Notes under the pieces: generated by a model
The model's input: the letters and a program-made list of their open reading frames with translations, nothing else
Database searches by the model: none
What the model was told of the DNA's origin: nothing
Part shown: one piece after another, positions 28,725-39,074 of the stretch
How the letters are laid out: each line of letters begins with the position of its first letter
Numbering within the stretch: the stretch's first letter is position 1
Made by a program: the position numbers and the translations under genes
Assembly: GCA_007127015.1 (NCBI GenBank)
Contig: SLAE01000021.1
Span: 1-39,610, forward strand
Length of the DNA stretch: 39,610 bases
Source of the DNA: Desulfonatronospira sp.
Lineage (GTDB): Bacteria > Desulfobacterota > Desulfovibrionia > Desulfovibrionales > Desulfonatronovibrionaceae
Direction: 5' to 3'

Positions 28725-29596
28725 AGGTAAAGATAATTCTGCTCTTCTGCGCGTCATTGGCGCTAAGTGCCTGTGTGACCAGTCAGGCGGACTTGGACCG
28801 GGTGAACACGAGGCTTGCTACTCTTGAGCGTCAGCAGCAGCATGAAAGACAAACCCAGGAACAGCAGTTAGCTGAGTACAGAGAGCACCTAGAGCTCAAC
28901 CTTAGTGCCCTGGAGGAAAAAATCGACAAGACCGGCGGGCCTGTTCAAGCCACCCAGGCCAACCTGTGGGCTGAACTGGAATCAATCAGGGTTCAGGTGG
29001 CCACTTTAAGCGGGAATATGGGTGCTCTGGAGAGAAATGTTGCCCGGCTGGAAGGCGATGACCAGGATCTGCCCTCTGAACTGGACAGAATGGAACGCAA
29101 AATCCGCGAACTCGATCGCCTGCTGCAGGCTCTTGCCAGCAGAATGGGTGTCGATCTCGAAAAGGAATCTGAAGAGTTGCGCAGGGCGGAAGCTGCTGAC
29201 GAAGCAGGAGAAGATGCCGGCACTGCACGGGTTTTATACCAGCGTGCACTGGATTCTTTTTTCGATAGAGAATATGAAACAGCTCAACTGCTCTGGGAAG
29301 AGTTCGCTGAGAATTTCCCGAATCATGATCTCATTGCCAATGCTTATTTCTGGCAGGGAGAAAGTTTTTACCAGCTGCAGGATTATGCGCAGGCAGTTCT
29401 GGCTTACCAGGAAGTGATCACCAGCTTTCCAGAAAGCAACAAACTGACCGCCAGCATGCTCAAGCAGGGCATGTCCTTTATTCATATGGACAGGACCGCG
29501 GCAGGAAAACTGGTTTTAAGCGAACTTATCGAAGACTATCCGGACAGTCCCGAGACCAAAAGAGCCCAGGCATTCATGTCCGAACACGAACTATAA
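28721..29596 (+). CDS. cpoB: Tol-Pal associated CpoB/YbgF-like TPR lipoprotein
   Basis: Start moved to ATG 28721 (ATGA overlap) giving MKVKIILLFCASLALSAC lipobox; coiled coil, then YQRAL, NAYFWQGE, MLKQG, YPDS TPR motifs. Confidence 0.85.
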   Translation: MKVKIILLFCASLALSACVTSQADLDRVNTRLATLERQQQHERQTQEQQLAEYREHLELNLSALEEKIDKTGGPVQATQANLWAELESIRVQVATLSGNMGALERNVARLEGDDQDLPSELDRMERKIRELDRLLQALASRMGVDLEKESEELRRAEAADEAGEDAGTARVLYQRALDSFFDREYETAQLLWEEFAENFPNHDLIANAYFWQGESFYQLQDYAQAVLAYQEVITSFPESNKLTASMLKQGMSFIHMDRTAAGKLVLSELIEDYPDSPETKRAQAFMSEHEL

Positions 29597-29618
29597 ATTT
29601 TCAGGATAATAAATCGTC

Positions 29619-30053
29619 ATGCACACGGCAGAAGAATATTCCCGGATAATTTCACTGCATTTTTCCCCGGATGTAGTCCGCAAACCCATGATGTACAATC
29701 TGGCCAAGAAATTCGACCTGACCTTTAATATCCTCAAGGCCAGAATAAGCCCAAGGGAAGAGGGACATATGATCCTTGAGCTTTCCGGCAGCAATGCTGC
29801 CTTTAAGAAAGGCATATCCTATCTGCAGAAACACGGCATCAGCATCCAGGATGTCGCGCAGTCCATTACCAGAAATGAGAGTGCGTGTACCCATTGCGGG
29901 TTGTGCACGGCACTTTGTTTCAACAGGGCCCTGCATCTTGACCTGAAAAGCAGAAAGGTGGTTTTCAATGATGCCAAATGCACTGCCTGCAGCAACTGCG
30001 CCAGAATATGTCCTGTAGGGGCTATGCATGTTGAGGCTAATGAAGAATTCTAG
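29619..30053 (+). CDS. NIL domain-2x[4Fe-4S] ferredoxin fusion
   Basis: FNILKA NIL motif; CTHCGLCTALC and CTACSNCARICP. Confidence 0.88.
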   Translation: MHTAEEYSRIISLHFSPDVVRKPMMYNLAKKFDLTFNILKARISPREEGHMILELSGSNAAFKKGISYLQKHGISIQDVAQSITRNESACTHCGLCTALCFNRALHLDLKSRKVVFNDAKCTACSNCARICPVGAMHVEANEEF

Positions 30054-30497
30054 CTAAACCGCGAAGGTTTCATGCCTAAACAACATTTTCGTATTAGAGA
30101 TGTATGGTCCGATGTGCAGAGGCAAAGGTTAAGCATGTTTTTTGCATTGTGTTTAAAAAAGTCTCAAAAGGGTAAATAGTTAAAAATTTGACCTGCATTT
30201 GACTTGATTTGTTTCTCCATTGTCTTATTAGGTTCAATACAAGTTGGCAAAGCATATCAGTTTGAATGGATCGGTTAGCTGTGAGCTTTTTGCTTGACGT
30301 AGCGTCCATATAAGAAGATAAATGCGTTCGTGAAAGCCAGAGCTGAATTCTGCACTTTAACAGCAAAACGGGCTTTTTTGGTAACCTTAAATACGAAACT
30401 TGCCATATTGCAGCCTGTGAGCATAATCAAGTGACCGGTTTAATGTGTTTTACCAGCTGTAATGATTAACCTTATTTAAGCTTTTAAGGAGGCACGT

Positions 30498-31595
30498 ATG
30501 ATGTTGAAATCACTTTGTCGCACGAGTTTATTGTTTATTTGTGCCTTGGTGCTTTTTGGGGTGCAAAATGCCGTTGGTCAGGAAACCAGAACGGTTATTG
30601 AGCCCAGGGCTGACAATTTTATCTTTTATGTGGACAATTCCGGATCCATGATGCTCGATTACCAGGCCAAGGATGAAGATAAGATGGCAGTTGCCAAAGA
30701 TCTTCTGCTGGCTCTTAATGAGGACCTTCCTGAACTGGATGCAGACTTCGGGGTGTTCACCTATGGACCTTTCGGAGTGTATCGCCCTGTGTCCCCTTAT
30801 GAGCGTGCAGACATGGCCAGGGCGTTCCGGTCAATTCCTGATGAATTCGGAATTTTTGGCAGACGCACTCCAATGGGCGGCGATCTTGTCAGGGCGGATA
30901 ATGAGTATATCTCCGGACTGCAGGGTGATATTGCCGTTATAGCGGTCACTGACGGAGAATCAAACATCGGACCCAGGCCCGGCGAAGTCATGCGGGATAT
31001 GTATGCGCACTACGGAGACCGCATTTGTTTTCATTTCATAAGTCTGGCTCAGACCGAAAGAGAAGTCGGGCTGGTTGAAGATCTTTCCGGGATCAATCCT
31101 TGTTCGGTAACAATTCAGGCAGAAGATCTGCAGAAGGATTTTGCCCGGGCTGATTTTATCCGCGAAGTTTTTTACACTGAAAGGCAGGTTGCAGTGACTC
31201 CTCCGGTTGAACCGGAACCAATGCCTGTTCCAAGAGTGGAGCCTGAGCCGGAACCTGAAGAAGTAATAATTTTCTCCAATGTTCAGTTTGAGTTTGATCG
31301 TGCTGAGATACTGCCCGAATATGCTGAAATGCTCAGTGAGGCAGCCCGGCAGATCACGGAGCGCGAAGATCCCACTGTTATTGTTGAAGGACATACGTGC
31401 AACATCGGTCCGGCGGATTACAACATGGGTCTTTCTGAAAGAAGAGCCCAGGCTGTGGCGGACTTTCTTGTCGAACAAAATGTTGATCCCGAAGTAATTG
31501 AGACCGAGGCTTACGGTTTGACTCAGCCCCGGTTTGATAATGATACCAGGGAAGGACGCGCCTTGAACAGACGCGTGGAACTGCGACTGGAATAA
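30498..31595 (+). CDS. Periplasmic vWA + OmpA-like peptidoglycan-binding protein
   Basis: Signal peptide; DNSGS...TPM...TDGE MIDAS; Pro/Glu linker; FEFD, EGHTC, NMGLSERRA, NRRVE; AAGGAGG RBS. Confidence 0.92.
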   Translation: MMLKSLCRTSLLFICALVLFGVQNAVGQETRTVIEPRADNFIFYVDNSGSMMLDYQAKDEDKMAVAKDLLLALNEDLPELDADFGVFTYGPFGVYRPVSPYERADMARAFRSIPDEFGIFGRRTPMGGDLVRADNEYISGLQGDIAVIAVTDGESNIGPRPGEVMRDMYAHYGDRICFHFISLAQTEREVGLVEDLSGINPCSVTIQAEDLQKDFARADFIREVFYTERQVAVTPPVEPEPMPVPRVEPEPEPEEVIIFSNVQFEFDRAEILPEYAEMLSEAARQITEREDPTVIVEGHTCNIGPADYNMGLSERRAQAVADFLVEQNVDPEVIETEAYGLTQPRFDNDTREGRALNRRVELRLE

Positions 31596-31605
31596 CTGAA
31601 GAACC

Positions 31606-31641
31606 GGCCCGGCAGACTCAGCTTGCCGGGCCTTATTTATT
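31606..31641 (+). terminator. Rho-independent terminator/attenuator after the OmpA-family gene
   Basis: GGCCCGGCA-N9-TGCCGGGCC followed by TTATTTATT. Confidence 0.7.
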
Positions 31642-32073
31642 ATGCGCAAAATATTTTTGGGCACATTTTTATTGATGTGCATGCATTTCTGGTACGTAGG
31701 ACCTGCCGCAGCTGAAGAAATCCATATTCTAGACACGGATCATTACCTGCACGGTCATTTCAGCGATTTTGCCCGACAGCGCATTGATCTGCTCAACAAC
31801 AATTATTCAGGAAGACCGGATAAGCTGCTCCTTGAGCAAAGGGGTGAAGCTTATGTAAGCAGCTATCGCCTGGCGGATCCTGCCTCTCTTGAAGTACTGG
31901 TCAGAAAGACCGGCTGTAAAACATCACCGTTTATCGGGGTCATGCGCTTTACCAAAAGGACGTTTGAAAGCAACGGAGGGTGCCCGGACAGCGCGCCTCA
32001 GGGTCCCTTCCAAGTGGTCCGCAAGCAACATGTGACCGAGATATTCAGGTATGATCAAAATCAATGGCGGTAG
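31642..32073 (+). CDS. Hypothetical exported protein
   Basis: 143 aa; signal peptide ending AAA; fills the gap before gpsA; no clear RBS. Confidence 0.7.
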   Translation: MRKIFLGTFLLMCMHFWYVGPAAAEEIHILDTDHYLHGHFSDFARQRIDLLNNNYSGRPDKLLLEQRGEAYVSSYRLADPASLEVLVRKTGCKTSPFIGVMRFTKRTFESNGGCPDSAPQGPFQVVRKQHVTEIFRYDQNQWR

Positions 32074-32088
32074 TCTGCAGGGGAATAA

Positions 32089-33084
32089 ATGACCAAACTT
32101 GCAGTCCTGGGGGGAGGAAGCTGGGGAACCTCGCTGGCCGACATGCTGGCAGGCAAAGGCTACGATGTTGCCCTGTGGATCAGAGAACCCGAACTGGTCC
32201 GGGAAATTCGCATCAAGGGTGAAAACACCTGGTTTTTGCCGGAGGTCAAACTCAACTCCGGGCTTCAGGTCAGTGACGACCCACAGGAGGTCATGCGGGA
32301 TGCAGATTACTTTCTTGTGGCCATACCCTCTCAGTTTATGCGTCAGGGGCTTGGTCAAGTAAAAGGTCTGTTTCCGGAAAGGCCTGTTGTTGTCTGTGCA
32401 AGCAAAGGCATAGAGCTGAGCACATTAAAGCCCATGTCCAAAGTGATCGAAGAGATCCTTGAAGACAAAGATCCCTGCTACGCCTCTCTTTCTGGTCCTT
32501 CATTTGCCCGCGAAGTCAGTCAGGGGCTGCCGACAGCAGTAAGTCTTGGATGTGCAGATATCGAACTGGGCCGAAAACTTCAGGACCTGATTTCCACGGA
32601 TTATTTCAGAGTCTACGCCAACAGTGACTACAAAGGAGTTGAGCTGGGGGGGGCGCTGAAAAATATCATAGCCATAGCTACCGGTATTTCCGATGGCCTT
32701 TCATTCGGTCATAATGCCAGAGCAGCCTTGATCACCAGAGGACTGGCAGAGATAGCCCGCCTGGGAGTAGTACTTGGGGGGGAAGAAAGAACCTTCATGG
32801 GCCTTTCAGGGATGGGGGATCTGGTGCTTACCTGCACTGGTGATCTAAGCCGGAATCGTCAGGTGGGACTTAAGCTGGGTCAGGGTCAGACCCTGGATCA
32901 GATTTTGTCAGAATCAAGAAGCGTGGCTGAAGGAGTGAAAACCACAGAGTCTGTGCGGCATCTTTCTCTCAAAATCGGAGTGGATATGCCCATTACCGAA
33001 CAGGTATTTCAAGTTTTGTTTAAGGGTAAGGATCCCGGGCATGGAGTAAAATCTTTAATGACCAGGGGTCTGAAGATGGAGTAA
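32089..33084 (+). CDS. gpsA: NAD(P)H-dependent glycerol-3-phosphate dehydrogenase
   Basis: GGGSWGT, SKGIE, SGPSFA, GGALKNIIA, GDLVLTCTGDLSRN, AEGV. Confidence 0.97.
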   Translation: MTKLAVLGGGSWGTSLADMLAGKGYDVALWIREPELVREIRIKGENTWFLPEVKLNSGLQVSDDPQEVMRDADYFLVAIPSQFMRQGLGQVKGLFPERPVVVCASKGIELSTLKPMSKVIEEILEDKDPCYASLSGPSFAREVSQGLPTAVSLGCADIELGRKLQDLISTDYFRVYANSDYKGVELGGALKNIIAIATGISDGLSFGHNARAALITRGLAEIARLGVVLGGEERTFMGLSGMGDLVLTCTGDLSRNRQVGLKLGQGQTLDQILSESRSVAEGVKTTESVRHLSLKIGVDMPITEQVFQVLFKGKDPGHGVKSLMTRGLKME

Positions 33085-34910
33085 TGTACGCAGTATTTTT
33101 TGCTTTAAAAAAACCTTTGTTTGAATTTTTATATAAATTTGCCGCGCTGCCAAAACTTGCCCTGATTACATGTCTGCTCTTGGTTCTTTTCGCATGCAAG
33201 GGGGAAATACCTCCTTTAGAGCGCAAAGATCACCCCCTGCCGCAGGATGCCGAAGTTTCCGAAGCCGAGCCGGGTATTTACGGAGGATTTCTGGTCACTG
33301 CGGAATCCCAGCAGCCCAGAACTTTCAACCCTCTGGTGGCTGAAGATGCTTATTCCAGCCAGGCTATCGGACGCTTCTTAAACGGTCTGACCACCTATCA
33401 TCCCATTAAAGAGGAGGTGGTTCCGGAACTGGCCCGTTCCTGGGAAATATCTTCAGATCGCAAGAGCATTACCCTGCATCTTCGCCGGGGTGTTCTCTGG
33501 AGTGATGGAGAGCCCTTTACTGCCGCTGATGTAATCTTTACCTTCAAGGCTCTCTTCGATGAACGCTATCCCAACAGATATCAGGGACAATATATTATTG
33601 CCGGAGAACCCATAGGTTTTGAAAAGGTTGACCGGCACACAGTAAGATTCACCACAGCAAGAGCCTACTCCCCCTTTTTGTACGTCATAGGCTTCATCGG
33701 AATTCTGCCCAGGCATAAACTGATTGATGCTTACGAACAGGGCACGCTGCTGCAGGAATGGAGTGTGCGTACGGCCATGCATGAACCAGGCGAACTCGTA
33801 GGCACCGGACCGTTCAGAGTCCATTCCTTTAGGCCGGGTCAAAGGATCATATATGAACCCAATCCTCATTACTGGAGAGTGGACAGCAAGGGACAGAGAC
33901 TGCCCTATGTGGATTACCTGATCACCAGATTTGTTCAGGACCGCAACACCTCTACGGTTCTTTTCGCTTCCGGCCAGATAGATGCTGCAGACATTGCTCC
34001 CGGAGATGTTGTCGGAGTAAGCAGGAATGCACCGCTGCACGGTTTCACCGTACATCACCGCGGGCCTGCCACAGGCATCAGGTACTTGTGGTTCAATCAA
34101 AAACCAGGGGTAAATGAGGACGGCCGGCCATATGTTGAGCCCCACAAACTGGAATGGTTCACCAATAAATATTTCAGGCAGGCCATACTGCACGGCTTCA
34201 ACCGCGAAGGGCTGATTCAAAGCGTATATTTCGGCAGGGCCGAGCTTTTGCACTCGATTATCAGCCCGGCCAATCAGCGCTGGCATAATCCGGAAGTTCC
34301 CAAATTTCCGTATGATCCGGGCAGAGCGATTGAGCTGCTTGAGGGACAGGGATTTGAATTCAGGGAAGGCGGCCAGCTTTATGATAAGCATGGCAATCCG
34401 GTAATTTTTGATGTATATGCTTCTGAAGGTGACGACATCACTCCCCAGATCATGTCCACTTTCAGGGAAAACATGCGGGATCTGGGAATCCGGGTCAGGG
34501 TCAGATATCTGGATTTCGGCACACTGGTGGCCCGCATCAGCAGGCATTTTGAGTATGAGGCCGCCATGATGGGATTTACAGGAGGGGCGGACCCGTCAGG
34601 AGGAAGAGCCATTTATTTAAGCTCAGGGCGTCTTCATCTGTGGAATCCGGAGCAGGAAGAACCTCAGACTGAATGGGAGGCAAAGGTGGATGAGCTTGTC
34701 TATGCCTCGGAAGAGACCTTTGATCTGGAAGAAAGAGTAGATTACGTGCACCGCATGCAGGAAATTTTTTCAGAGCAGTTGCCGCTGCTTTATCTGCTCA
34801 CTCCCCATGCCTATGCGGGACTCAAGGACAAGTGGCAAAACGTGCATATTCCAGCCATGGGCTCAGTGATCTGGAATGTCGACGAACTTTATCTTGACCG
34901 GGAACTTTGA
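33084..34910 (+). CDS. Peptide/nickel-type ABC transporter substrate-binding lipoprotein (family 5)
   Basis: LFAC lipobox; PELARSW, LRRGVLWSDGEPFTAADVIFT, GTGPF, NPHYW, FRQAI; exact start uncertain. Confidence 0.92.
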   Translation: MYAVFFALKKPLFEFLYKFAALPKLALITCLLLVLFACKGEIPPLERKDHPLPQDAEVSEAEPGIYGGFLVTAESQQPRTFNPLVAEDAYSSQAIGRFLNGLTTYHPIKEEVVPELARSWEISSDRKSITLHLRRGVLWSDGEPFTAADVIFTFKALFDERYPNRYQGQYIIAGEPIGFEKVDRHTVRFTTARAYSPFLYVIGFIGILPRHKLIDAYEQGTLLQEWSVRTAMHEPGELVGTGPFRVHSFRPGQRIIYEPNPHYWRVDSKGQRLPYVDYLITRFVQDRNTSTVLFASGQIDAADIAPGDVVGVSRNAPLHGFTVHHRGPATGIRYLWFNQKPGVNEDGRPYVEPHKLEWFTNKYFRQAILHGFNREGLIQSVYFGRAELLHSIISPANQRWHNPEVPKFPYDPGRAIELLEGQGFEFREGGQLYDKHGNPVIFDVYASEGDDITPQIMSTFRENMRDLGIRVRVRYLDFGTLVARISRHFEYEAAMMGFTGGADPSGGRAIYLSSGRLHLWNPEQEEPQTEWEAKVDELVYASEETFDLEERVDYVHRMQEIFSEQLPLLYLLTPHAYAGLKDKWQNVHIPAMGSVIWNVDELYLDREL

Positions 34911-35881
34911 TGCTGGCTTTTATAATCAGGCGTATCCTGTCCGCTTTTCCTCTTCTGTTCGGCATATCCGTTCTGGTGTTCATACTCATGGCTGTGGCTC
35001 CGGGAGATTTTCTGGATGTAGCCCGCAGTCAGGAGGATATTCCTGCGGAATACATAGAGCGCATGGAGCAGGAATTCGCTCTCGGAGAGCCCTGGCATAC
35101 CAGATACTTTATCTGGGTTGGCAATGTGGTGCAGGGCAACCTCGGAGAATCCTGGATTTACCGGGTACCGGTTACCGAGCTTTTGTGGCAGCGAATTCCC
35201 GCAACTCTGGTCCTGTCCGCTCTTTCCATACTTTTTGCCCTGTGCCTGGCCATTCCTCTCGGAGTGCTGGCAGCAATATACAAGGATTCCATCTTTGATC
35301 GCATCAGTTCCATGTTCGCCTATGCCGCCCTGTCCATTCCTGAATTCTTTCTGGCCCTGCTGGCGGTGATGTTTGCCGCACAGACCGGACTTTTTCCCAC
35401 CGGGGGGTTAAGTTCTGTTGAACATGAGTTCATGTCTTTCTGGGGACGCCTGGCTGACTACGCCCACCATCTGGTTCTTCCGACCATTGTGCTGGGCATG
35501 GGCAGCGTGGCCAGCTACATGCGTATTATGCGAGCAAATTTTCTTGATTACATCCGCTCTGACTTTGTGACCACAGCCAGGGCCAAGGGTGTTCCAGAAG
35601 GCCGGATAATGTTTCTGCACGTTCTGCGCAACGCAATTAATCCATTGGTGAGCGGCTCCGGCTTCATTCTGGCCACCCTGCTCTCGGGTTCCATTCTGGT
35701 TGAAAACGTGATGAACTACCCGGGGCTTGGTCAGCTGATATTTGAAGCGCTCATGCGTCAGGATGAATTCGTGGTTGTAGCCGCGGTGCTTATGGGCTGT
35801 GTCATGCTCATGCTGGGCAATCTGATTGCAGACCTCCTTCTGGCCTGGTCTGACCCCAGAATCAGGCTTGAGAAGAATTAG
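34907..35881 (+). CDS. Opp/Dpp-type ABC permease (OppB-like)
   Basis: FIIRR, APGD, GNLGES, LVLP, TARAKG EAA loop, HVLRNA, PGLG, DPRI. Confidence 0.93.
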   Translation: MMLAFIIRRILSAFPLLFGISVLVFILMAVAPGDFLDVARSQEDIPAEYIERMEQEFALGEPWHTRYFIWVGNVVQGNLGESWIYRVPVTELLWQRIPATLVLSALSILFALCLAIPLGVLAAIYKDSIFDRISSMFAYAALSIPEFFLALLAVMFAAQTGLFPTGGLSSVEHEFMSFWGRLADYAHHLVLPTIVLGMGSVASYMRIMRANFLDYIRSDFVTTARAKGVPEGRIMFLHVLRNAINPLVSGSGFILATLLSGSILVENVMNYPGLGQLIFEALMRQDEFVVVAAVLMGCVMLMLGNLIADLLLAWSDPRIRLEKN

Positions 35882-35886
35882 AGCCC

Positions 35887-36939
35887 ATGATCAGACATCT
35901 GTTCAAGGAAATTGCACGCCGTCCCCTTGGAGTGGTCTGCCTGACAATTTTAGGGATCTTGTACCTGTGTACGATATTTTCCCAGTTTCTGGCTCCTTAT
36001 CTGCCCACAGATCAGGATCTGAACAACGCCTACCATCCGCCCACCAGAATTTTGATGGTTGAATGGCGTCCACATGTGCAGGTATATGAACAGGTAGATC
36101 CTTCAGCAGCCAGATACGAACCTGTAGAAGGCGCAACCGTTCCTGTGAGCTTTTTTTCCTCCGGAGCGCAGTACCGTCTGTGGGGTATTATTCCTGCTGA
36201 TATTCGACTTTTCCAGGTTGAAGAACCACACAGGATATATCTTTTAGGCAGCGACGGAACCGGAAGAGATGTCTTTTCCCGCCTTCTCTACGGAGCCCAG
36301 GTCTCCCTGAGCATTGGTTTTATCGGGATCTGCATCACCATGACCCTGGGGTTCATTGTAGGAGGAGTAGCCGGATATTTCGGAGGCAGGGTGGACTTTG
36401 CAGCCATGCGCCTGGTGGAATTCATCATAGCCGTGCCTTCGCTTTACCTGCTTATCGCCCTGAGAGGGGCGCTGGCCGAATATTTTGAACCTGAACAGAT
36501 GTACCTGGTCATTGTGATCATCCTCTCCCTTATCGGCTGGGCCGGAGCGGCAAGAATCATAAGAGGCATGGCCCTGTCCCTGCGTCAGCGCCCCTTTGTT
36601 CTGGCTGCCGAAGTCATGGGGCAGAGCAGCTTCAGGATTTTATTCAAACATTTTCTACCCAACCTGGCCAGTTATCTTCTGGTTGCGGCAACTCTCAGCA
36701 TTCCGGCCTATATTCTTGCTGAAGCCGCGCTTAGTTTTCTGGGTCTGGGCATTCAGGAGCCCGGCACTTCCTGGGGGCTGATGCTGCAGCAGGCTCAGGA
36801 ACTCAAGGTGTTCACATTGAATCTGTGGTGGCTGCTCCTTCCGGGAGCAGCGATTTTCATTACGGTGATTACTTTTAATGTTCTGGGGGATGTGCTTCGC
36901 GATATCGTTGATCCCAGGCAGCAGATGGTTAAGCGCTGA
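35887..36939 (+). CDS. Opp/Dpp-type ABC permease (OppC-like)
   Basis: LGSDGTGRDVFSRLLYGAQVSL, ARIIRG, HFLPN, EAALSFLGLG, SWG, GDVLRD..DPR. Confidence 0.93.
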   Translation: MIRHLFKEIARRPLGVVCLTILGILYLCTIFSQFLAPYLPTDQDLNNAYHPPTRILMVEWRPHVQVYEQVDPSAARYEPVEGATVPVSFFSSGAQYRLWGIIPADIRLFQVEEPHRIYLLGSDGTGRDVFSRLLYGAQVSLSIGFIGICITMTLGFIVGGVAGYFGGRVDFAAMRLVEFIIAVPSLYLLIALRGALAEYFEPEQMYLVIVIILSLIGWAGAARIIRGMALSLRQRPFVLAAEVMGQSSFRILFKHFLPNLASYLLVAATLSIPAYILAEAALSFLGLGIQEPGTSWGLMLQQAQELKVFTLNLWWLLLPGAAIFITVITFNVLGDVLRDIVDPRQQMVKR

Positions 36940-37065
36940 TCAAAAAATTCTAAACTTTCAACATTCAAGGTTTAAGTATTTTTTCGGAGTTGATCACATG
37001 CTTTCTTATAACAATTTAAAAAGATTATACATCCAAACCAATGCAAAAGATCAAAGAGTACCATA

Positions 37066-37941
37066 ATGTCCGCCTCTCAAGGAGATAAATTGCTGGAGGT
37101 GCACAATTTGTGCATTGACTTTGAGGCCCACGGGGAAGTGCACAAAGCCGTGCAGGACATTTCATTTTCCATAGATAAGGGTCAGGTTCTTGCCGTGGTA
37201 GGAGAAAGCGGCAGCGGCAAGAGCGTCACCGGACTCTCCCTGACCGGGCTTCTTCCGCCGCCTCCGGTGTGCCGTGTACAGGGGCAGGTGCTCTATCAAA
37301 GCAAAGACCTGCTGCAATGCTCCTCAAAAGAACTGCGAAAATATCGGGGAAGGCATATTGCTTATATCTTTCAGGAACCTGGCACGGCATTAAATCCTGT
37401 ATTCACCATAGGCTATCAGCTGGCTGAAGCTATAAGGCTGCACAGGCCGGAGGTAAAAGACATCCGCAAGGAAATCATCAAGGCTCTGGACATGGTGCAC
37501 ATACATCAGCCAGAAACGCGTTTTCAGGATTATCCTCATCAACTTAGCGGGGGCATGCAGCAAAGGGTGATGATCGCCATGGCGCTGGCCTGCAGACCCA
37601 GACTTCTGATTGCGGACGAGCCGACAACAGCCCTGGATGTTACTATTCAGGCCCAGATCATGGATCTGTTGAAGGAGATCAGGGATAAGCTGGGCATGTC
37701 CATTATTCTCATCACGCACAATTTCGGCATTGTTTCCGGTTTTGCGCACCATGTCGCGGTCATGCTGAGAGGCAGGATCGTTGAGCAGGGTGATGCTCTT
37801 CAAATTATGAAAAACCCCGCACACCCTTACACCAGGGCTCTCATCGGGTGTATCCCCCTGTTGGGCAGAAAGCTGCGCCGTCTGCCTACAATAGAGTCCG
37901 AATATGAGCGCATATCAACTGTTAGTTCTGATAATGCATAA
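37066..37941 (+). CDS. ABC ATPase (OppD/DppD-like)
   Basis: [41 protein letters not shown]. Confidence 0.95.
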   Translation: MSASQGDKLLEVHNLCIDFEAHGEVHKAVQDISFSIDKGQVLAVVGESGSGKSVTGLSLTGLLPPPPVCRVQGQVLYQSKDLLQCSSKELRKYRGRHIAYIFQEPGTALNPVFTIGYQLAEAIRLHRPEVKDIRKEIIKALDMVHIHQPETRFQDYPHQLSGGMQQRVMIAMALACRPRLLIADEPTTALDVTIQAQIMDLLKEIRDKLGMSIILITHNFGIVSGFAHHVAVMLRGRIVEQGDALQIMKNPAHPYTRALIGCIPLLGRKLRRLPTIESEYERISTVSSDNA

Positions 37942-38806
37942 CAAGCCTGATGCAAATATGAACAGCTCAGTAATGGCCCCGGGAAAAAGCAGGAATTTCA
38001 ATTCCTCTCCTGAAAGAACCAAGCCGTTGCTCGAGGTTAAAAACCTCAAGGTTTATTACCCTGTGCATGGAGGTTTACTAAGACGCATCAGAGGCTACGT
38101 GCGTGCTGTTGATGATGTCTCTTTTAATGTCCCTCCCGGCAGCACGGTGGGCCTTGTGGGAGAAAGCGGCAGCGGCAAAACCACCATTGGACGCTGCCTG
38201 GTCAGACTGATCCGGCCCACAGCCGGAAGTATCCGCTATCTGGGGAATGAAACCGGTTCGCTGAGCAAAAAGAATTTCTTCCCCTACCGTAAAAAGATTC
38301 AGATGATTTTCCAGGATCCATTCAACTCGCTTAACCCGCGTATGAGTGTGGAACAGATACTGGGAGAACCCTTGAGCATTCATTTTCCTCAGATGAACAT
38401 CGAGCACAGACGGGACAGGGCAGCCGAACTGCTCAGCCAGGTGGGACTTAAACCTGATCATCTCAGGCGCTACCCACACCAGTTCAGCGGAGGGCAGAGG
38501 CAGCGCATAGGCATTGCCCGGGCGCTCGCTGTAGAGCCTGAATTCATAATTTGCGACGAGCCGGTCAGCGCCCTGGATGTCTCAGTCCAGGCGACCATAA
38601 TCAATCTGCTTCAGGATCTGCAGGAGGAGCTTGGGCTGACCTATCTGTTCATCGCCCATGATCTGGCCATAGTCGAACACATCAGCAATTACGTGCTGGT
38701 AATGAACAGGGGAAAAATTGTGGAACAGGCCAGTGCAGAAGACATCTATCGCAGCCCAAAGCATACCTATACCAAAAAACTGCTTGAGGCAGTCCCCAGG
38801 CTTTAA
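37934..38806 (+). CDS. ABC ATPase (OppF/DppF-like)
   Basis: [37 protein letters not shown]; start uncertain (37904, 37934 or later). Confidence 0.93.
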   Translation: MHNKPDANMNSSVMAPGKSRNFNSSPERTKPLLEVKNLKVYYPVHGGLLRRIRGYVRAVDDVSFNVPPGSTVGLVGESGSGKTTIGRCLVRLIRPTAGSIRYLGNETGSLSKKNFFPYRKKIQMIFQDPFNSLNPRMSVEQILGEPLSIHFPQMNIEHRRDRAAELLSQVGLKPDHLRRYPHQFSGGQRQRIGIARALAVEPEFIICDEPVSALDVSVQATIINLLQDLQEELGLTYLFIAHDLAIVEHISNYVLVMNRGKIVEQASAEDIYRSPKHTYTKKLLEAVPRL

Positions 38807-39074
38807 ATTAAAAAGTTTTTGAAGAAGACAGGTTAGCCTCAAAGACACAATCAGCCGGAGATTAATCAGGTTCTATTCATCCTCTTTACCTTTGAAGACT
38901 CAATTTTATGCGGAAGTCTGTTTAATACTCCATGAGATTATTTAAGAAGTCCTGTTTCATCTTTGCATCTATGACCGGTTTATAGTAAAGAAAAAAAATG
39001 CACGCTTCTTTCACTCATTGCAGCCTGCATTTTATCTTTTTAAACAGGCTCATGTGCCTGTAGTGAAATTTCAA

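Noticed and set aside
30094-30366. 90-aa minus-strand ORF in the spacer before the OmpA-family gene
   Set aside because: No RBS or recognisable features; opposite to both flanking genes
31200-31262. Repetitive CCG/GAA/GAG sequence
   Set aside because: Encodes the Pro/Glu linker of the OmpA-family protein; not a DNA repeat element
33453-34547. 364-aa antisense ORF inside the ABC substrate-binding gene
   Set aside because: No recognisable motifs; shadow frame of a well-supported gene. The same applies to the other antisense or nested ORFs, such as 30960..31736, 25982..26566, 8918..9475 and 27207..27764
37201-38178. 20-nt identical repeat GGAGAAAGCGGCAGCGGCAA at about 37201 and 38159
   Set aside because: Both copies encode the Walker A motif GESGSGK of paralogous ATPases
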